From a virus (Duplodnaviria; Caudoviricetes): a stretch of DNA of 42,136 nucleotides. The stretch is taken from positions 1 to 42,136 of the IMG/VR virus record IMGVR_UViG_3300017785_004829. One strand, 5' to 3'. The notes below the pieces were generated by a model that searched no databases, was not told where the DNA came from, and saw nothing but the letters and a program-made list of their open reading frames with translations. Shown one piece after another: positions 26,425-36,463 of this stretch. Made by a program: the position numbers and the translations under genes. Each line of letters begins with the position of its first letter. Position 1 is the stretch's first letter.

Positions 26425-27270
26425 GTGAAATATACAGTAATTACCACGTTTAATCAGACTGGTTATAATCAATATGCCAGTAGAATGATTGATACTTATG
26501 TGCAAAATTGGCCCGCCGCAGTGAAGCTTTTGGCCTATGCTGAAGAGTGTCCAGTCGCTCAATTTGCGCCTAACTTAGAAGTGCGCGATCTCAACACTTC
26601 TAGTTCGGCTTTGATGGAGTTCAAACAGCATTGGGCATCAGTGCCCCGAGCCCGAGGCGATATCTCAGCTGACCCTGTGCGTAGACAACGCAAGGACTGG
26701 AACAAAGTTTTCAAATGGGATGCTATCCGTTTCAGTCACAAAGTCTATGCCATATTCCATGCAGCCAAAATCTGCACAACTCCTTGGTTAATTTGGATGG
26801 ATGCCGACATGGTGTGCCACACTCCGGTATCAGAGGAGTTCCTTGACACAATGTGCCCCGAAGATCGTGACTTGTGCTTTTTGGGAAGAAAAGGCAAGTT
26901 CTCAGAATGTGGGTTATACGCCATGCATCTTGGTACCAAAGGCACCACAAGGTTCCTCAAAGAATTTCAGCGCATGTACAACGATGCCGACAATGGAATC
27001 TTCTTGCTGGATGAGTGGCACGACAGTTTTGTATTTGATGCAGTACGAAACGGCATTGATGGATTACAACAACTAAACTGGAGCGAGAATCTTGGCGACT
27101 TACGTACAAGCCCTCGCAACTCACCTGGAGAAGGTCATCCATTGATCAATTCGGCCTGGGGTGCATACCTTGACCATCTCAAAGGTGATGACCGAAAGCA
27201 GGCCGGGCACAGTCATCTTCATGACATCAAGGTGGCTCGCAGCGAAGGATATTGGCAGGGCATTAGATGA
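26425..27270 (+). CDS. GT-A nucleotide-diphospho-sugar transferase
   Basis: RFSHKVYA, LIWMDAD (DxD), ECG, EWHDSFVF and DHLKG motifs. Confidence 0.75.
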   Translation: MKYTVITTFNQTGYNQYASRMIDTYVQNWPAAVKLLAYAEECPVAQFAPNLEVRDLNTSSSALMEFKQHWASVPRARGDISADPVRRQRKDWNKVFKWDAIRFSHKVYAIFHAAKICTTPWLIWMDADMVCHTPVSEEFLDTMCPEDRDLCFLGRKGKFSECGLYAMHLGTKGTTRFLKEFQRMYNDADNGIFLLDEWHDSFVFDAVRNGIDGLQQLNWSENLGDLRTSPRNSPGEGHPLINSAWGAYLDHLKGDDRKQAGHSHLHDIKVARSEGYWQGIR

Positions 27271-28067
27271 CATGGACATACCTAAGTAAGAATGGCAACG
27301 ACGAGTACATAAACATGTTTGCTCAGGGATCGGGCGTGACTCCTACTAGGTTAGAAACTTGGCGCTATGAGCAGAGTCAAGATCCACTGGTGTTGCGTGG
27401 GATATTAAAACATAAAATTATCAAGCAGTGCTGGGCAGATGGTCGCAAATTTCTTTATATGGACACTGGGTATTTTGGAAATCGTCCTGGCCCACTTAAT
27501 CCCCATGGCTGGAAAGTCTGGCATAGAATAGTGCCCAACAACTTTCAACACGGCAACATTGTTGAAAGGCCTGCTGACCGTTGGGAACGGCTGCAAATTA
27601 AACCAAGAGATCGTAGCACAGACGGGCGTTCAATCATGCTTGCTGCACCAGATGAAAAACCTTGCCAAGTCTATGGCATAGATTTAGAAACTTGGATTGG
27701 CGAAACACTTGCCACTATAAAGCAACACACTGACCGTCCTGTGATAGTTCGTCAACGCACTAAAAACAGACAAACAAGATTGGCCAATGATTTTCAAGAT
27801 GCATTGAAAGATGTCTGGGCAGTGGTTACATTTAATTCAAACGCAGCAGTTGAGGCCATACTAAGCGGAATTCCGGCATTTGTCCGGGCACCCTGTTCGG
27901 CGGCATTGCCAGTGGCCAACACAGATTTGAGCAACATAGAATCGCCATTTTTCCCCAACAATGATTTGATACAACAGTGGTGTAGGCATCTTGCCTATGG
28001 GCAGTTTCACAACACAGAACTTGCTGACGGCACTGCAAGAAGAATTTTAGAAGCGGAGTTTTTATGA
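27267..28067 (+). CDS. KpsS/KpsC-like GT-B protein, paralog B
   Basis: YMDTGYF, IVRQR, AVVTFNSNAAVEAILSGIP and LAYGQF motifs. Confidence 0.7.
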   Translation: MTWTYLSKNGNDEYINMFAQGSGVTPTRLETWRYEQSQDPLVLRGILKHKIIKQCWADGRKFLYMDTGYFGNRPGPLNPHGWKVWHRIVPNNFQHGNIVERPADRWERLQIKPRDRSTDGRSIMLAAPDEKPCQVYGIDLETWIGETLATIKQHTDRPVIVRQRTKNRQTRLANDFQDALKDVWAVVTFNSNAAVEAILSGIPAFVRAPCSAALPVANTDLSNIESPFFPNNDLIQQWCRHLAYGQFHNTELADGTARRILEAEFL

Positions 28068-28711
28068 AAGAACATTTAGGATGGTGGTTCCCCGAAGGAG
28101 AAACACATTTTCAACGCATGCTTGACAAAAGCGTTGGCAAAGGTGGACCAGCAAGATATCAACATCAAGTCAGAGATCGAAGTGTAACGTATTGTCAACA
28201 ACGGCGCACTGCCATCGACATTGGCGCAAACGTAGGGCTGTGGGCACGTGACCTTTGCGAAAGTTTTCAACTTGTTGTTGCATTTGAACCAGTAGACATT
28301 TTTAGACAATGTCTGTTGGAAAATATCAGTTCTTGGAAGTTACACATTGAACCTTTTGCACTGGGAGATCGCAAAACCACAGCCAACATGATCATCACCG
28401 AAGACAACATGGGACACACACATGTTGATCCCAATAGTATGGGGCATGGCACAATTGAAATGCGTCGCTTGGACGACTATAACTACGACAACATTGATTA
28501 TATCAAAATTGATTGTGAAGGGTTTGAATACAAAGTGCTACAGGGCGGAAAGGAAACTATTCGACGTTGTCGTCCCATAGTGGTAATTGAACAAAAACCG
28601 CATGACACTTACAGTGCCGAGTATGGTCAACATGCTGCAGTTGCATTGCTGGAATCATGGGGCATGCGAAAATTAGATCAAATCAAAGATGATTGGATCA
28701 TGGGATGGTAA
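28064..28711 (+). CDS. FkbM-family SAM methyltransferase
   Basis: IDIGANVG, AFEP and IKIDCEGFEYKVLQG motifs. Confidence 0.92.
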   Translation: MKEHLGWWFPEGETHFQRMLDKSVGKGGPARYQHQVRDRSVTYCQQRRTAIDIGANVGLWARDLCESFQLVVAFEPVDIFRQCLLENISSWKLHIEPFALGDRKTTANMIITEDNMGHTHVDPNSMGHGTIEMRRLDDYNYDNIDYIKIDCEGFEYKVLQGGKETIRRCRPIVVIEQKPHDTYSAEYGQHAAVALLESWGMRKLDQIKDDWIMGW

Positions 28712-29658
28712 TGAAAATACGATACTTTGCTGAAAGTTTTAAAACCAAACGTGCAAGTCACAGGCTTAGAGGTGATCTCATGGCACGAACGTTGAAGGCT
28801 CAGGGATATGATGTCACTGCATCTGGAAGTCTTGAGGGCATAGACAACGACACCGTGGTGATATTTTTAAAACTCAGCCAGCCTGAACAAATTGAATATG
28901 CAAAGAATCTAGGCGCATTGACTATCTATGATCTCTGTGACAATAAATTTGGTGAAAAACCTGAATATGCTCCTTGCTGCAAACTGGCTGACATTGTCAC
29001 AGTCAACAGTGAAGCCATGGGCGAAAGTGTGTTAGCCCACACCGGGCGACGAAGTTTGGTGGTGCCAGATCCCTACGAACGTCCAGAACTATCGCCTGTG
29101 TTTGCCCCATCTGGTCCTATTAAACTACTTTGGTTTGGTGGTGGCTCAAGTCTTAAATTTTTCCCCATGGTGCCAGTCTGGCAGAAGTTGGAGCAAGAAA
29201 TTGGTGACTATGAATTCACCATGGTCACTGGCAAAGCCGAACGTGTTTATAACAAACAACTTGGGCGATACAACAAGGGTGTTCACAAAGGCATAAACTT
29301 TGCTAAATTGAAATTTTTTGAATGGAACTGGGAATTGCAGGGGCAGTTATTGGCTGCCACTGACATTGTTCTTATGCCAGTTGACACCGACCACTATCGC
29401 ACTGAAACCAAAAGTGCCAATCGATTGATTGACGGAGTGATGTCAGGTAAATTTGTTATAACTAGTCCACTGGACAGTTATCGTGAGTTTGATCCTTACA
29501 CCTGGCAAACAGATTTTATCACAGGAATACAGTGGGCAAGAAATAATCCCAGTGAGGTGTTGGAACGTATCAAACTGGGACAGGATTACACTAGAAAAAA
29601 TTACAGCCCAGAGGTAATTGCACAACGTTGGTTGGAGGTGTTCAATGGGAAGTCCTAA
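28711..29658 (+). CDS. GT-B (GT4-like) glycosyltransferase
   Basis: ASHRLRG, IYDLCDN, LLWFG, DIVLMP and KSANRLID motifs. Start refined to ATG 28711 (TAATG overlap). Confidence 0.75.
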   Translation: MKIRYFAESFKTKRASHRLRGDLMARTLKAQGYDVTASGSLEGIDNDTVVIFLKLSQPEQIEYAKNLGALTIYDLCDNKFGEKPEYAPCCKLADIVTVNSEAMGESVLAHTGRRSLVVPDPYERPELSPVFAPSGPIKLLWFGGGSSLKFFPMVPVWQKLEQEIGDYEFTMVTGKAERVYNKQLGRYNKGVHKGINFAKLKFFEWNWELQGQLLAATDIVLMPVDTDHYRTETKSANRLIDGVMSGKFVITSPLDSYREFDPYTWQTDFITGIQWARNNPSEVLERIKLGQDYTRKNYSPEVIAQRWLEVFNGKS

Positions 29659-30232
29659 TCATTTAATCTACTTAGAAACGGTATTGCCAAACTTCAATGG
29701 AAAAGTTTTAGAAGTTGGAGCCAACAACAACAAGTTTAGGCACAAAGGATACTTTCAAAATCTTGGAGCCGAGTACACTGGCACTGATTTAGTAGCAGGC
29801 CCTGATGTTGATGTTGCTTGTGATCTCACCAAGGACGACAACCCGTTGCCTAAAAATCATTTTGATTTGGTAATGTGTTGCAGTGTCATGGAACATGTGC
29901 CAAATCCCTGGGATATGGCCAGATGCATATCAGCACTGGTAGCACCAGGCGGCAAACTATATATCAGTGTACCATGGGTGTGGCGTTATCATGCCTACCC
30001 CGATGACTATTATAGATTTACTTTTAGTGCGATTGAGTATTTGTTTCCAAATTTCACATGGAGCAATTTTGCATATAGTACAGAACTCAGCGGCGACATA
30101 CGTTGGATACAACGTGGCGAAGTTGGGCGTGATAACAAATGGGCATATAAACATGTGCGCGATGACGGACAAGTTAAAAAATACTTGCCGTACCTGATGA
30201 TTGATCTGTTAGGGACAAAGAATGTTAGCTGA
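29645..30232 (+). CDS. Class I SAM-dependent methyltransferase
   Basis: VLEVGA, FDLVMCCSVMEHV, PGGKLYISVP and HAYPDDYYRF motifs. Start refined to ATG 29645. Confidence 0.88.
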   Translation: MGSPNHLIYLETVLPNFNGKVLEVGANNNKFRHKGYFQNLGAEYTGTDLVAGPDVDVACDLTKDDNPLPKNHFDLVMCCSVMEHVPNPWDMARCISALVAPGGKLYISVPWVWRYHAYPDDYYRFTFSAIEYLFPNFTWSNFAYSTELSGDIRWIQRGEVGRDNKWAYKHVRDDGQVKKYLPYLMIDLLGTKNVS

Positions 30233-30773
30233 AATAGTATCAAGTACCACTGGAGCAGTGCGATTGCACATTGGATGTGGATCAAGAATATTTGATGAGT
30301 ATATCAATATTGATGGCGACTACATGTCTGGGACACCGGGTGTAGTGATACATGATATCACTGTGCCATTCCCGCTGCCTGACAACTCAGTTGATGAAAT
30401 TTTAAGTGTGCATGTGATTGAACATATCATGAGAGACCGTGTGCCGGGCATAATGCAAGAGTGGCTGCGTGTATTAAAACCTGGAGGCTTTGTGGCTGTA
30501 GAATGGCCAGACTTTTTAAAAATGTGCCAGGAAGTGGTTAAAAATCCTGACTGTTTGAATTTTGATAGTGACCGTAGATTGCAAAAACGCACAATCCTGG
30601 GTATATTTGGCGATAACCTACGATATCCAGATCCAGTAATGTGGCATAAGTGGGGATACAGCGCCGACAGTATTAGTAAACTGTTTCAAAATGTTGGATA
30701 CAGTCACATTAAAATTGAAGATAACCTTCATAGCAAAACCATGAATGATAGTCGAGTAGTGGCGTATAAGTGA
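30222..30773 (+). CDS. Class I SAM-dependent methyltransferase (type 11)
   Basis: LHIGCG, LPDNSVDEILSVHVIEH and RVLKPGG motifs. Confidence 0.88.
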   Translation: MLAEIVSSTTGAVRLHIGCGSRIFDEYINIDGDYMSGTPGVVIHDITVPFPLPDNSVDEILSVHVIEHIMRDRVPGIMQEWLRVLKPGGFVAVEWPDFLKMCQEVVKNPDCLNFDSDRRLQKRTILGIFGDNLRYPDPVMWHKWGYSADSISKLFQNVGYSHIKIEDNLHSKTMNDSRVVAYK

Positions 30774-30774
30774 C

Positions 30775-31518
30775 ATGGCGGCAAAGGTTGTCAAACAGTT
30801 CCTGGGATTCAGTGGTAGTGAAATCTACCTAATGAACAAACATGGACGATTGTTTGTTAGGAAATTTAAAAACATACAAAGAAATCTTGAACGCATGCAG
30901 GCGTTACGAAACATTGTTCCAGTTGCAGAAATTTATGGCACTCAACAAGATTACCTAGACAGTGAATACATACATGGACTTGACGTGCGAAGTTGGTTGA
31001 TTGATAATCCTGCTGCCAAGCTCACTGCATTTTTAACCAATGTTATTGAGAGCATTGACATTGACTGTGTTGACAAAGATTACACAGAAACCTATAAAAA
31101 ACTTTTTGAACAAATTGACTTTGATTTATTTGTATTTGATCAACAACAGTTACTTGATCGTCTTCCAAAGATTTTACCTTCCGGACAGTATGTTGGAGAT
31201 CTAACTTTGGAAAATATCATTGTACGTGACAACAATGAGTTTGTGTTGATTGATTGTCAAACATCGCCGTTTGATAGTTATGTGTTTGACTTGATTAAAC
31301 TACGACAGGATCTGTCAAGTCAGTGGTTTTTACGCTACAAGCCTGCTATGATAGAGTTAAAACTGTCGCAGATTTATCAAGGTCTGTCACAGAGGTGGCC
31401 GATTATGGCCAATGATTATCTATTGGTTCTAAGTTTAGCACGAATAACTCGCTATTGCGAACCTGGATCTTTTGAACAAAAATTTCTACTCAAGGAGATA
31501 GATCGTTTATGGAAATAA
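30775..31518 (+). CDS. APH/choline-kinase-fold kinase (probable sugar kinase)
   Basis: Gly loop GFSGS, VRK, GDLTLENII, LID and DLIKLRQD motifs. Confidence 0.75.
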   Translation: MAAKVVKQFLGFSGSEIYLMNKHGRLFVRKFKNIQRNLERMQALRNIVPVAEIYGTQQDYLDSEYIHGLDVRSWLIDNPAAKLTAFLTNVIESIDIDCVDKDYTETYKKLFEQIDFDLFVFDQQQLLDRLPKILPSGQYVGDLTLENIIVRDNNEFVLIDCQTSPFDSYVFDLIKLRQDLSSQWFLRYKPAMIELKLSQIYQGLSQRWPIMANDYLLVLSLARITRYCEPGSFEQKFLLKEIDRLWK

Positions 31519-32528
31519 TAGTACCAGCGGCTGGGTTAAGCACCAGATTTCCCGGCATGCGTCCAAAGTATACACTGACAGATCATTCAGGTGCATTGAT
31601 GATTGAACGTGCCATTGCACCTTATGTGGGCAAACACAACATAACCATTGGCATACTAAAGCAACACCATGATGAATACTCCGTCAGTCAATATGTCACT
31701 GAGCGTAATGCCAATACCAAATTTGTAATATTACCTGAGGTTACCAAAGGGCCTGCTGACACCGTTAAACAAATCATTGACACAGCTGGTATTGATCCCG
31801 CAGCACCAATACTTGTCAAAGACTGTGATAGTTTCTTTGACCACGATGATACCGATGGCAATTATGTATGTACAAGCAACATTGCCAATCATGAAGTGCT
31901 GAAAAGACTGAGTTCTAAAAGTTTTGTTAAAACTAACTCACAAGGAATAGTAACTGATATTGTTGAAAAACAAGTGGTGAGTTCTAATTTTTGTGTTGGA
32001 GGTTATAAATTTGAATCCGCAAAGCTATTCTCAGATACTTACGATTGTCTAGTAGAAACTATATCTGAAGTGTTTGTTAGTCATGTCATACAGGCCTGCC
32101 TTGGCAATGACAATGTATTTTTAAACATGCCTGTCAACAACTATGTTGATGTTGGCACTGCCGAAGATTGGTTTGCCTACAACGACCTAAGTGTTATATT
32201 CTGTGACATAGACGGCACTGTTATACATGCGCAGAGCCGTGAAAATTTTGGAGATCCTGTACAGCCACTCGTAGAGAATTGTCAATTAATTCAACACATG
32301 GTTGAGCAAGGACATCAACTTATTTTTACCACGGCTAGACCCTTTGAGCAACATTACCAGCTCACACAACAATTAACTGGAATTGGGTTTAAAAATTTCA
32401 AGTTGATCACTGGATTGATGAATGTAAAACGTGTGTTGATCAACGATTATAATCATGCCAATCCTTTTCCAAGAGCCATAGCTGTCAACGTTCCACGTGA
32501 CAGTGATACTCTCAAAGACTTTCTATGA
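31509..32528 (+). CDS. Sugar-phosphate nucleotidyltransferase fused to a HAD phosphatase
   Basis: N-domain has IIVPAAGLSTRF..PKY, TKGPADT, KDCD and DVGT. C-domain has IFCDIDGT, FTTAR and LIND. Confidence 0.85.
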   Translation: MEIIVPAAGLSTRFPGMRPKYTLTDHSGALMIERAIAPYVGKHNITIGILKQHHDEYSVSQYVTERNANTKFVILPEVTKGPADTVKQIIDTAGIDPAAPILVKDCDSFFDHDDTDGNYVCTSNIANHEVLKRLSSKSFVKTNSQGIVTDIVEKQVVSSNFCVGGYKFESAKLFSDTYDCLVETISEVFVSHVIQACLGNDNVFLNMPVNNYVDVGTAEDWFAYNDLSVIFCDIDGTVIHAQSRENFGDPVQPLVENCQLIQHMVEQGHQLIFTTARPFEQHYQLTQQLTGIGFKNFKLITGLMNVKRVLINDYNHANPFPRAIAVNVPRDSDTLKDFL

Positions 32529-33943
32529 TATCAGTTTTTTACATAGGTGATAACCGTCATAATCTAGATCTATCGCGTGCCAATCATCAACGATTGTTTG
32601 ATGCACTGAAATCAATCGGCGATGTTAACATTTATGATTTTACTAAAGGAAGTACCTGTCGTGACAAATGCCCGTTTAACGAAGGCGGTGAAGACAATCA
32701 ATTACAAAGAGGTGCATCGGGGTCAGTACAAGTTTGGGATTTTGTAACCAGTGTTGATAAGTTACAAGATCCGTTTGTAATTAAAATGCGCAGTGATGTC
32801 TGGTTGGCTGATTCATGTGTTGATGTAATTGTATCGCATGTCAGCGACATAGTCAAGGGCACCACGGATATTGCGTTCTTTGGCTGTGATGTTGTCAACG
32901 ACAATCAAGGCATTGAACATCAAGCAATTAAAATTACTAGATCAGATCCAGCTAGAATACAAGATTTTATTATAGCTGCACGTCGTAGTTGTTTGCCAAG
33001 TTCGCAGAAAGTGATTGAAGATTTAAAATTGCTAGACTACAACAAACGAGTAAGTGGAAACAAAACATTTAGGGTGTTGGTAGAGCCAGATGTTCAGGCA
33101 TATACTGTGTTGTGCCATCTTTGGTTGATACGTAAAACATACCATTGGCAACCAACAGACAGCGAAGTCTTTCATGATTTTTTACAATCCTATGTACAAC
33201 GATCTGGTCGAGAAATGTTTGATCCAGCACTGTCGTGGTGGAAGACGCACTATCGTCCAAGCATTGGAGTATTTTACACTGGGCATAGACGATTTCCCGA
33301 AGTTGGTATGCCCAATCATCAACAGTTGATAGAGAGATTAAAACAACTATTGCCTGTCAACGTTTATGATTTTTCTAGGCCACTTAACTCCCGAAGTCCA
33401 TGCCCGTTTGATGAGAGTGGCGCAAATCAAGTTTGGGATTACATGGAATCGTCTGAAAAAATTCATGATGAATACATTATCAAACTGCGCACCGATCTTT
33501 GGTTTACCCCATCCAGCATTGATTGCGTTATTGATGGTATGCAACGAATAATCAACGGCACGGTGGATGCGGAATTTTATGGTAGCAACTGGGCAGAATA
33601 CCTTGGGCATGAGCGTAGTAGGTTCTCCATGCAAGATCATCGCACTGTGCAAGATTTTGCCATCTCTGCAAGAAAATCAGCACTGCGCAACAAACAATTA
33701 GTGTACAATGCTCTCAGCAATTGTAAATCAAGCAAGAGAGAATGTGGCACAAAAGTTTTTAAATCCATTACCTATCCAACTATCACTGGCAACAATGTTA
33801 TGTGTCAACTTTACCTTGTTAGAAAGCAATACGACGTTGTGGATCCTTGGCAAGTGGGCTATGACTACATTGCCAGTTACCCCAAACAATGGGAAATGCC
33901 CAACGCACTACCATGGTATATGCACACCAAACCAAATGACTAA
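32525..33943 (+). CDS. Tandem two-domain putative glycosyltransferase (KxRxD motif, WavE-like)
   Basis: Two homologous halves of about 235 aa: VFYIG/VFYTG, NHQRL/NHQQL, YDF, CPF, QVWD, KMRSD/KLRTD and QDF. Confidence 0.6.
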   Translation: MISVFYIGDNRHNLDLSRANHQRLFDALKSIGDVNIYDFTKGSTCRDKCPFNEGGEDNQLQRGASGSVQVWDFVTSVDKLQDPFVIKMRSDVWLADSCVDVIVSHVSDIVKGTTDIAFFGCDVVNDNQGIEHQAIKITRSDPARIQDFIIAARRSCLPSSQKVIEDLKLLDYNKRVSGNKTFRVLVEPDVQAYTVLCHLWLIRKTYHWQPTDSEVFHDFLQSYVQRSGREMFDPALSWWKTHYRPSIGVFYTGHRRFPEVGMPNHQQLIERLKQLLPVNVYDFSRPLNSRSPCPFDESGANQVWDYMESSEKIHDEYIIKLRTDLWFTPSSIDCVIDGMQRIINGTVDAEFYGSNWAEYLGHERSRFSMQDHRTVQDFAISARKSALRNKQLVYNALSNCKSSKRECGTKVFKSITYPTITGNNVMCQLYLVRKQYDVVDPWQVGYDYIASYPKQWEMPNALPWYMHTKPND

Positions 33944-34907
33944 ACCAAAACTAATATTATTTCAAGTTCCTTACCAAAGTGAAAGCTTGTTTCACAGCAC
34001 TTGGTTCGCACCAATCATTGACAAGTATTTTTCAGTTGAGCATTATAAACAGGGTCAGCATTACCCTGCCAACGCAGTGTTTGTCATGGGCTGCAATGGA
34101 TATCTTGACAGCGAGCGTAGAAAGCATTTTGAGAATCGCCGAGTAATAGTGGATTCGTTATGGGAAAGCAACACAGGCAAATGGGCAGGATGTTTTCACA
34201 ACAGCAATCACAATCATTTAATCTTCTACGGAAATCAAAAAAATGCCCAAGATCCTCGATTGCAATTTGTGCCAAACTGGTTTTGGTACAACGAAAGTCT
34301 GTGGTATAGACATCGAGGATATCATGGCATGACGTTTGATCGCACATACAACAAAAAGTTTTTGATGCCACTAGGCAAAAGCCGTGGGTGGCGCACTGAC
34401 TTGATCAACGCCATGGGCTCAAGACTAGATGATGCGTTTTGGAGTTACACCGCCGAAGGACAATTATTGCCCGGTACCAAGACTGCAAAAAAACTAGATC
34501 ATCGTTGGATCAACCCTGCATGGTTCAACCAAACATGTTTCAGTGTTGCTGCAGAAAGTTTCAGAGAGCCTGCCAGTGCAGTGACATTTCTCACTGAGAA
34601 AACCTATAAGGTCATAGCTGGTCAGCATCCTTTTATGATCTACGGAGCATCGGGCGCACTGGATCTGCTGCGAGAACAAGGATTTGAAACCTTTGATAAT
34701 TTGTTTGATGAGTCCTACGATACATCTGCAGACTTTGAAACCAAAATAAAAATTATCTGTAGCAACATTGACAAGTTTGAAAAACGTCCACATGACACTG
34801 TGACCTTGGAGAAAATTTCCCACAACTTCAATAGATTTTACAATCGTGATGTTGTAGAACAAGGCATTTACCGTGACATAATAAAGCCAATCCAGGAGTG
34901 GATATAA
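33936..34907 (+). CDS. Glycosyltransferase-like protein, (T/S)EK family, paralog 3
   Basis: FSVAAES..FLTEKTYK..HPFMIYG..GFETFDNLFDESYD. Start refined to ATG 33936. Confidence 0.65.
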   Translation: MTKPKLILFQVPYQSESLFHSTWFAPIIDKYFSVEHYKQGQHYPANAVFVMGCNGYLDSERRKHFENRRVIVDSLWESNTGKWAGCFHNSNHNHLIFYGNQKNAQDPRLQFVPNWFWYNESLWYRHRGYHGMTFDRTYNKKFLMPLGKSRGWRTDLINAMGSRLDDAFWSYTAEGQLLPGTKTAKKLDHRWINPAWFNQTCFSVAAESFREPASAVTFLTEKTYKVIAGQHPFMIYGASGALDLLREQGFETFDNLFDESYDTSADFETKIKIICSNIDKFEKRPHDTVTLEKISHNFNRFYNRDVVEQGIYRDIIKPIQEWI

Positions 34908-35569
34908 TGTTTAGCTGGTACTATTGGCAAAGTGTTGAAAAGGGACGTCAGTATCAGGAAAGAAAAAAAGGCTGGGCTGGCAACGACGTAAAAAAATACA
35001 AGAACTATATCAAGGACTTGGTAGCACTTTATCAGGCCAATACAATGCTTGACTACGGCTCAGGGCGCGGCGAACAGTACTCAATACCAGTGCCTTATCC
35101 CACAGAAACAGCAGGCGTTTACACTGATCCAATGACGTTTGATCAGTATGTGAACATACAACAAGTCACACTGTATGATCCTTGTGTCACAGGAATTGAC
35201 ACGCTGCCAAGTTCAACACCAAAGTTTGATTGTGTTATCTGCACTCAAGTCCTGGGAAGTATTCCCGATGCTGATGTGCCTGTGGTGATTCAATCGCTGG
35301 CAAACTACTCAGCCAAGTTTTGCTTTGTCAGTCTATTAGATCCAGATCAGTTTGATGTCAAAATAGGTAAAACTGAAATTTATGATCCTGAATACTTCAA
35401 GGTCACTAGAACCAAGCAGTGGTATTTTGACATGTTCCAACAACACTGGCGTGGCTCCCGACGGCGCCGTGGTGCCCACTGTTATCTTTTTTTTAGAGCA
35501 GGGCAGGCATATAACGCTGCATGGATCAAACAAGATCTTGCTGCGGGTAATCTTTTAAAGCTAGGTTAG
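34898..35569 (+). CDS. Class I SAM-dependent methyltransferase-like protein
   Basis: MLDYGSGRG, LYDP and FDCVICTQVL motifs. Confidence 0.75.
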   Translation: MDIMFSWYYWQSVEKGRQYQERKKGWAGNDVKKYKNYIKDLVALYQANTMLDYGSGRGEQYSIPVPYPTETAGVYTDPMTFDQYVNIQQVTLYDPCVTGIDTLPSSTPKFDCVICTQVLGSIPDADVPVVIQSLANYSAKFCFVSLLDPDQFDVKIGKTEIYDPEYFKVTRTKQWYFDMFQQHWRGSRRRRGAHCYLFFRAGQAYNAAWIKQDLAAGNLLKLG

Positions 35570-36463
35570 GTAGGGAAGAAATTTGTTAAACACCAAGCCC
35601 TGGCGAGCTTCTTCGTCGCTCCAGTGAGCAGCAGCCAAATCATTGATCCATTGTGTTCGATCTTTGAAACTTGGGGCATTCACAGCAGTGTAGTCGTGAT
35701 CACTGACATCCCAACACACACTGCTACTGTCATTCACAATCAAGGGAATTCCTTGTAAAATTGCAGCAACTCCACTTGAACTATTGAAAACGCAGGCCGC
35801 TTTGGCGTTTGTCAAGTTATCTTGCAGTGAGGTATGTTTGCTGTCAACAAGTGTTGCTCCGGCAAGACTGTTCAATGGTGAGAGATCAATGTGTTTACCT
35901 GGATGCGGTCTAATTAAAATTGGAAGATCGCTGTGTTTTCTAACTTCAGTATAGGTACTAAACGCCCACTCAATAGGGTTGAGTCCTTTCATTGACCAGC
36001 CACCATCTCGCTGCATCAAAAACAGAATATACCCGTTGTTTTGCTGCCAAGGCATCATGCTCATGTGCAAATCTTGCTGAATCATTTGCCAGCGAACACT
36101 GTCACTGTTTTTATTGGCATACTGAGATGTGTCATAGAATACGCCGTTAAGGCTGTACCTTAGGTATTTTCCTTCAGCATCGTGAAATTTAAAAGTACTA
36201 CCATCAATGGCCATGACATGACGATTGTTTCTTTTTTGATCCTTGACCACAGCTGATCTCAGTCTGATATTTGGTGTGTGTTGCAGTGGGCTTGGCCACC
36301 CCAGTATGACAGCAAGTTTAGCGGGGACTAATTCAGTTTTTGTTTGAAACATCACACGAGCACCACTGCGGCGGCAGCCTTCACCAAATGCCTCTAAGAC
36401 ATCCTTTTTTCTGCCGGCTATCTTCTGTAGGCTGCTGAGATAAACTACAACATCAATTGTCAT
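35561..36463 (-). CDS. KpsS/KpsC-like GT-B protein, paralog C
   Basis: MAIDG, IRPHPG, CVFNSSSGVAAILQGIP and W..DLAAAHWS motifs. Confidence 0.7.
   Translation of the reverse strand: MTIDVVVYLSSLQKIAGRKKDVLEAFGEGCRRSGARVMFQTKTELVPAKLAVILGWPSPLQHTPNIRLRSAVVKDQKRNNRHVMAIDGSTFKFHDAEGKYLRYSLNGVFYDTSQYANKNSDSVRWQMIQQDLHMSMMPWQQNNGYILFLMQRDGGWSMKGLNPIEWAFSTYTEVRKHSDLPILIRPHPGKHIDLSPLNSLAGATLVDSKHTSLQDNLTNAKAACVFNSSSGVAAILQGIPLIVNDSSSVCWDVSDHDYTAVNAPSFKDRTQWINDLAAAHWSDEEARQGLVFNKFLPYLT

Noticed and set aside
33708-33935. Long N-terminal extensions given by the ORF track (also 9706, 18028, 19168, 22619, 23819)
   Set aside because: They overlap upstream genes or run through promoter sequences. Downstream starts with SDs, stop-start coupling or promoter spacing fit better.
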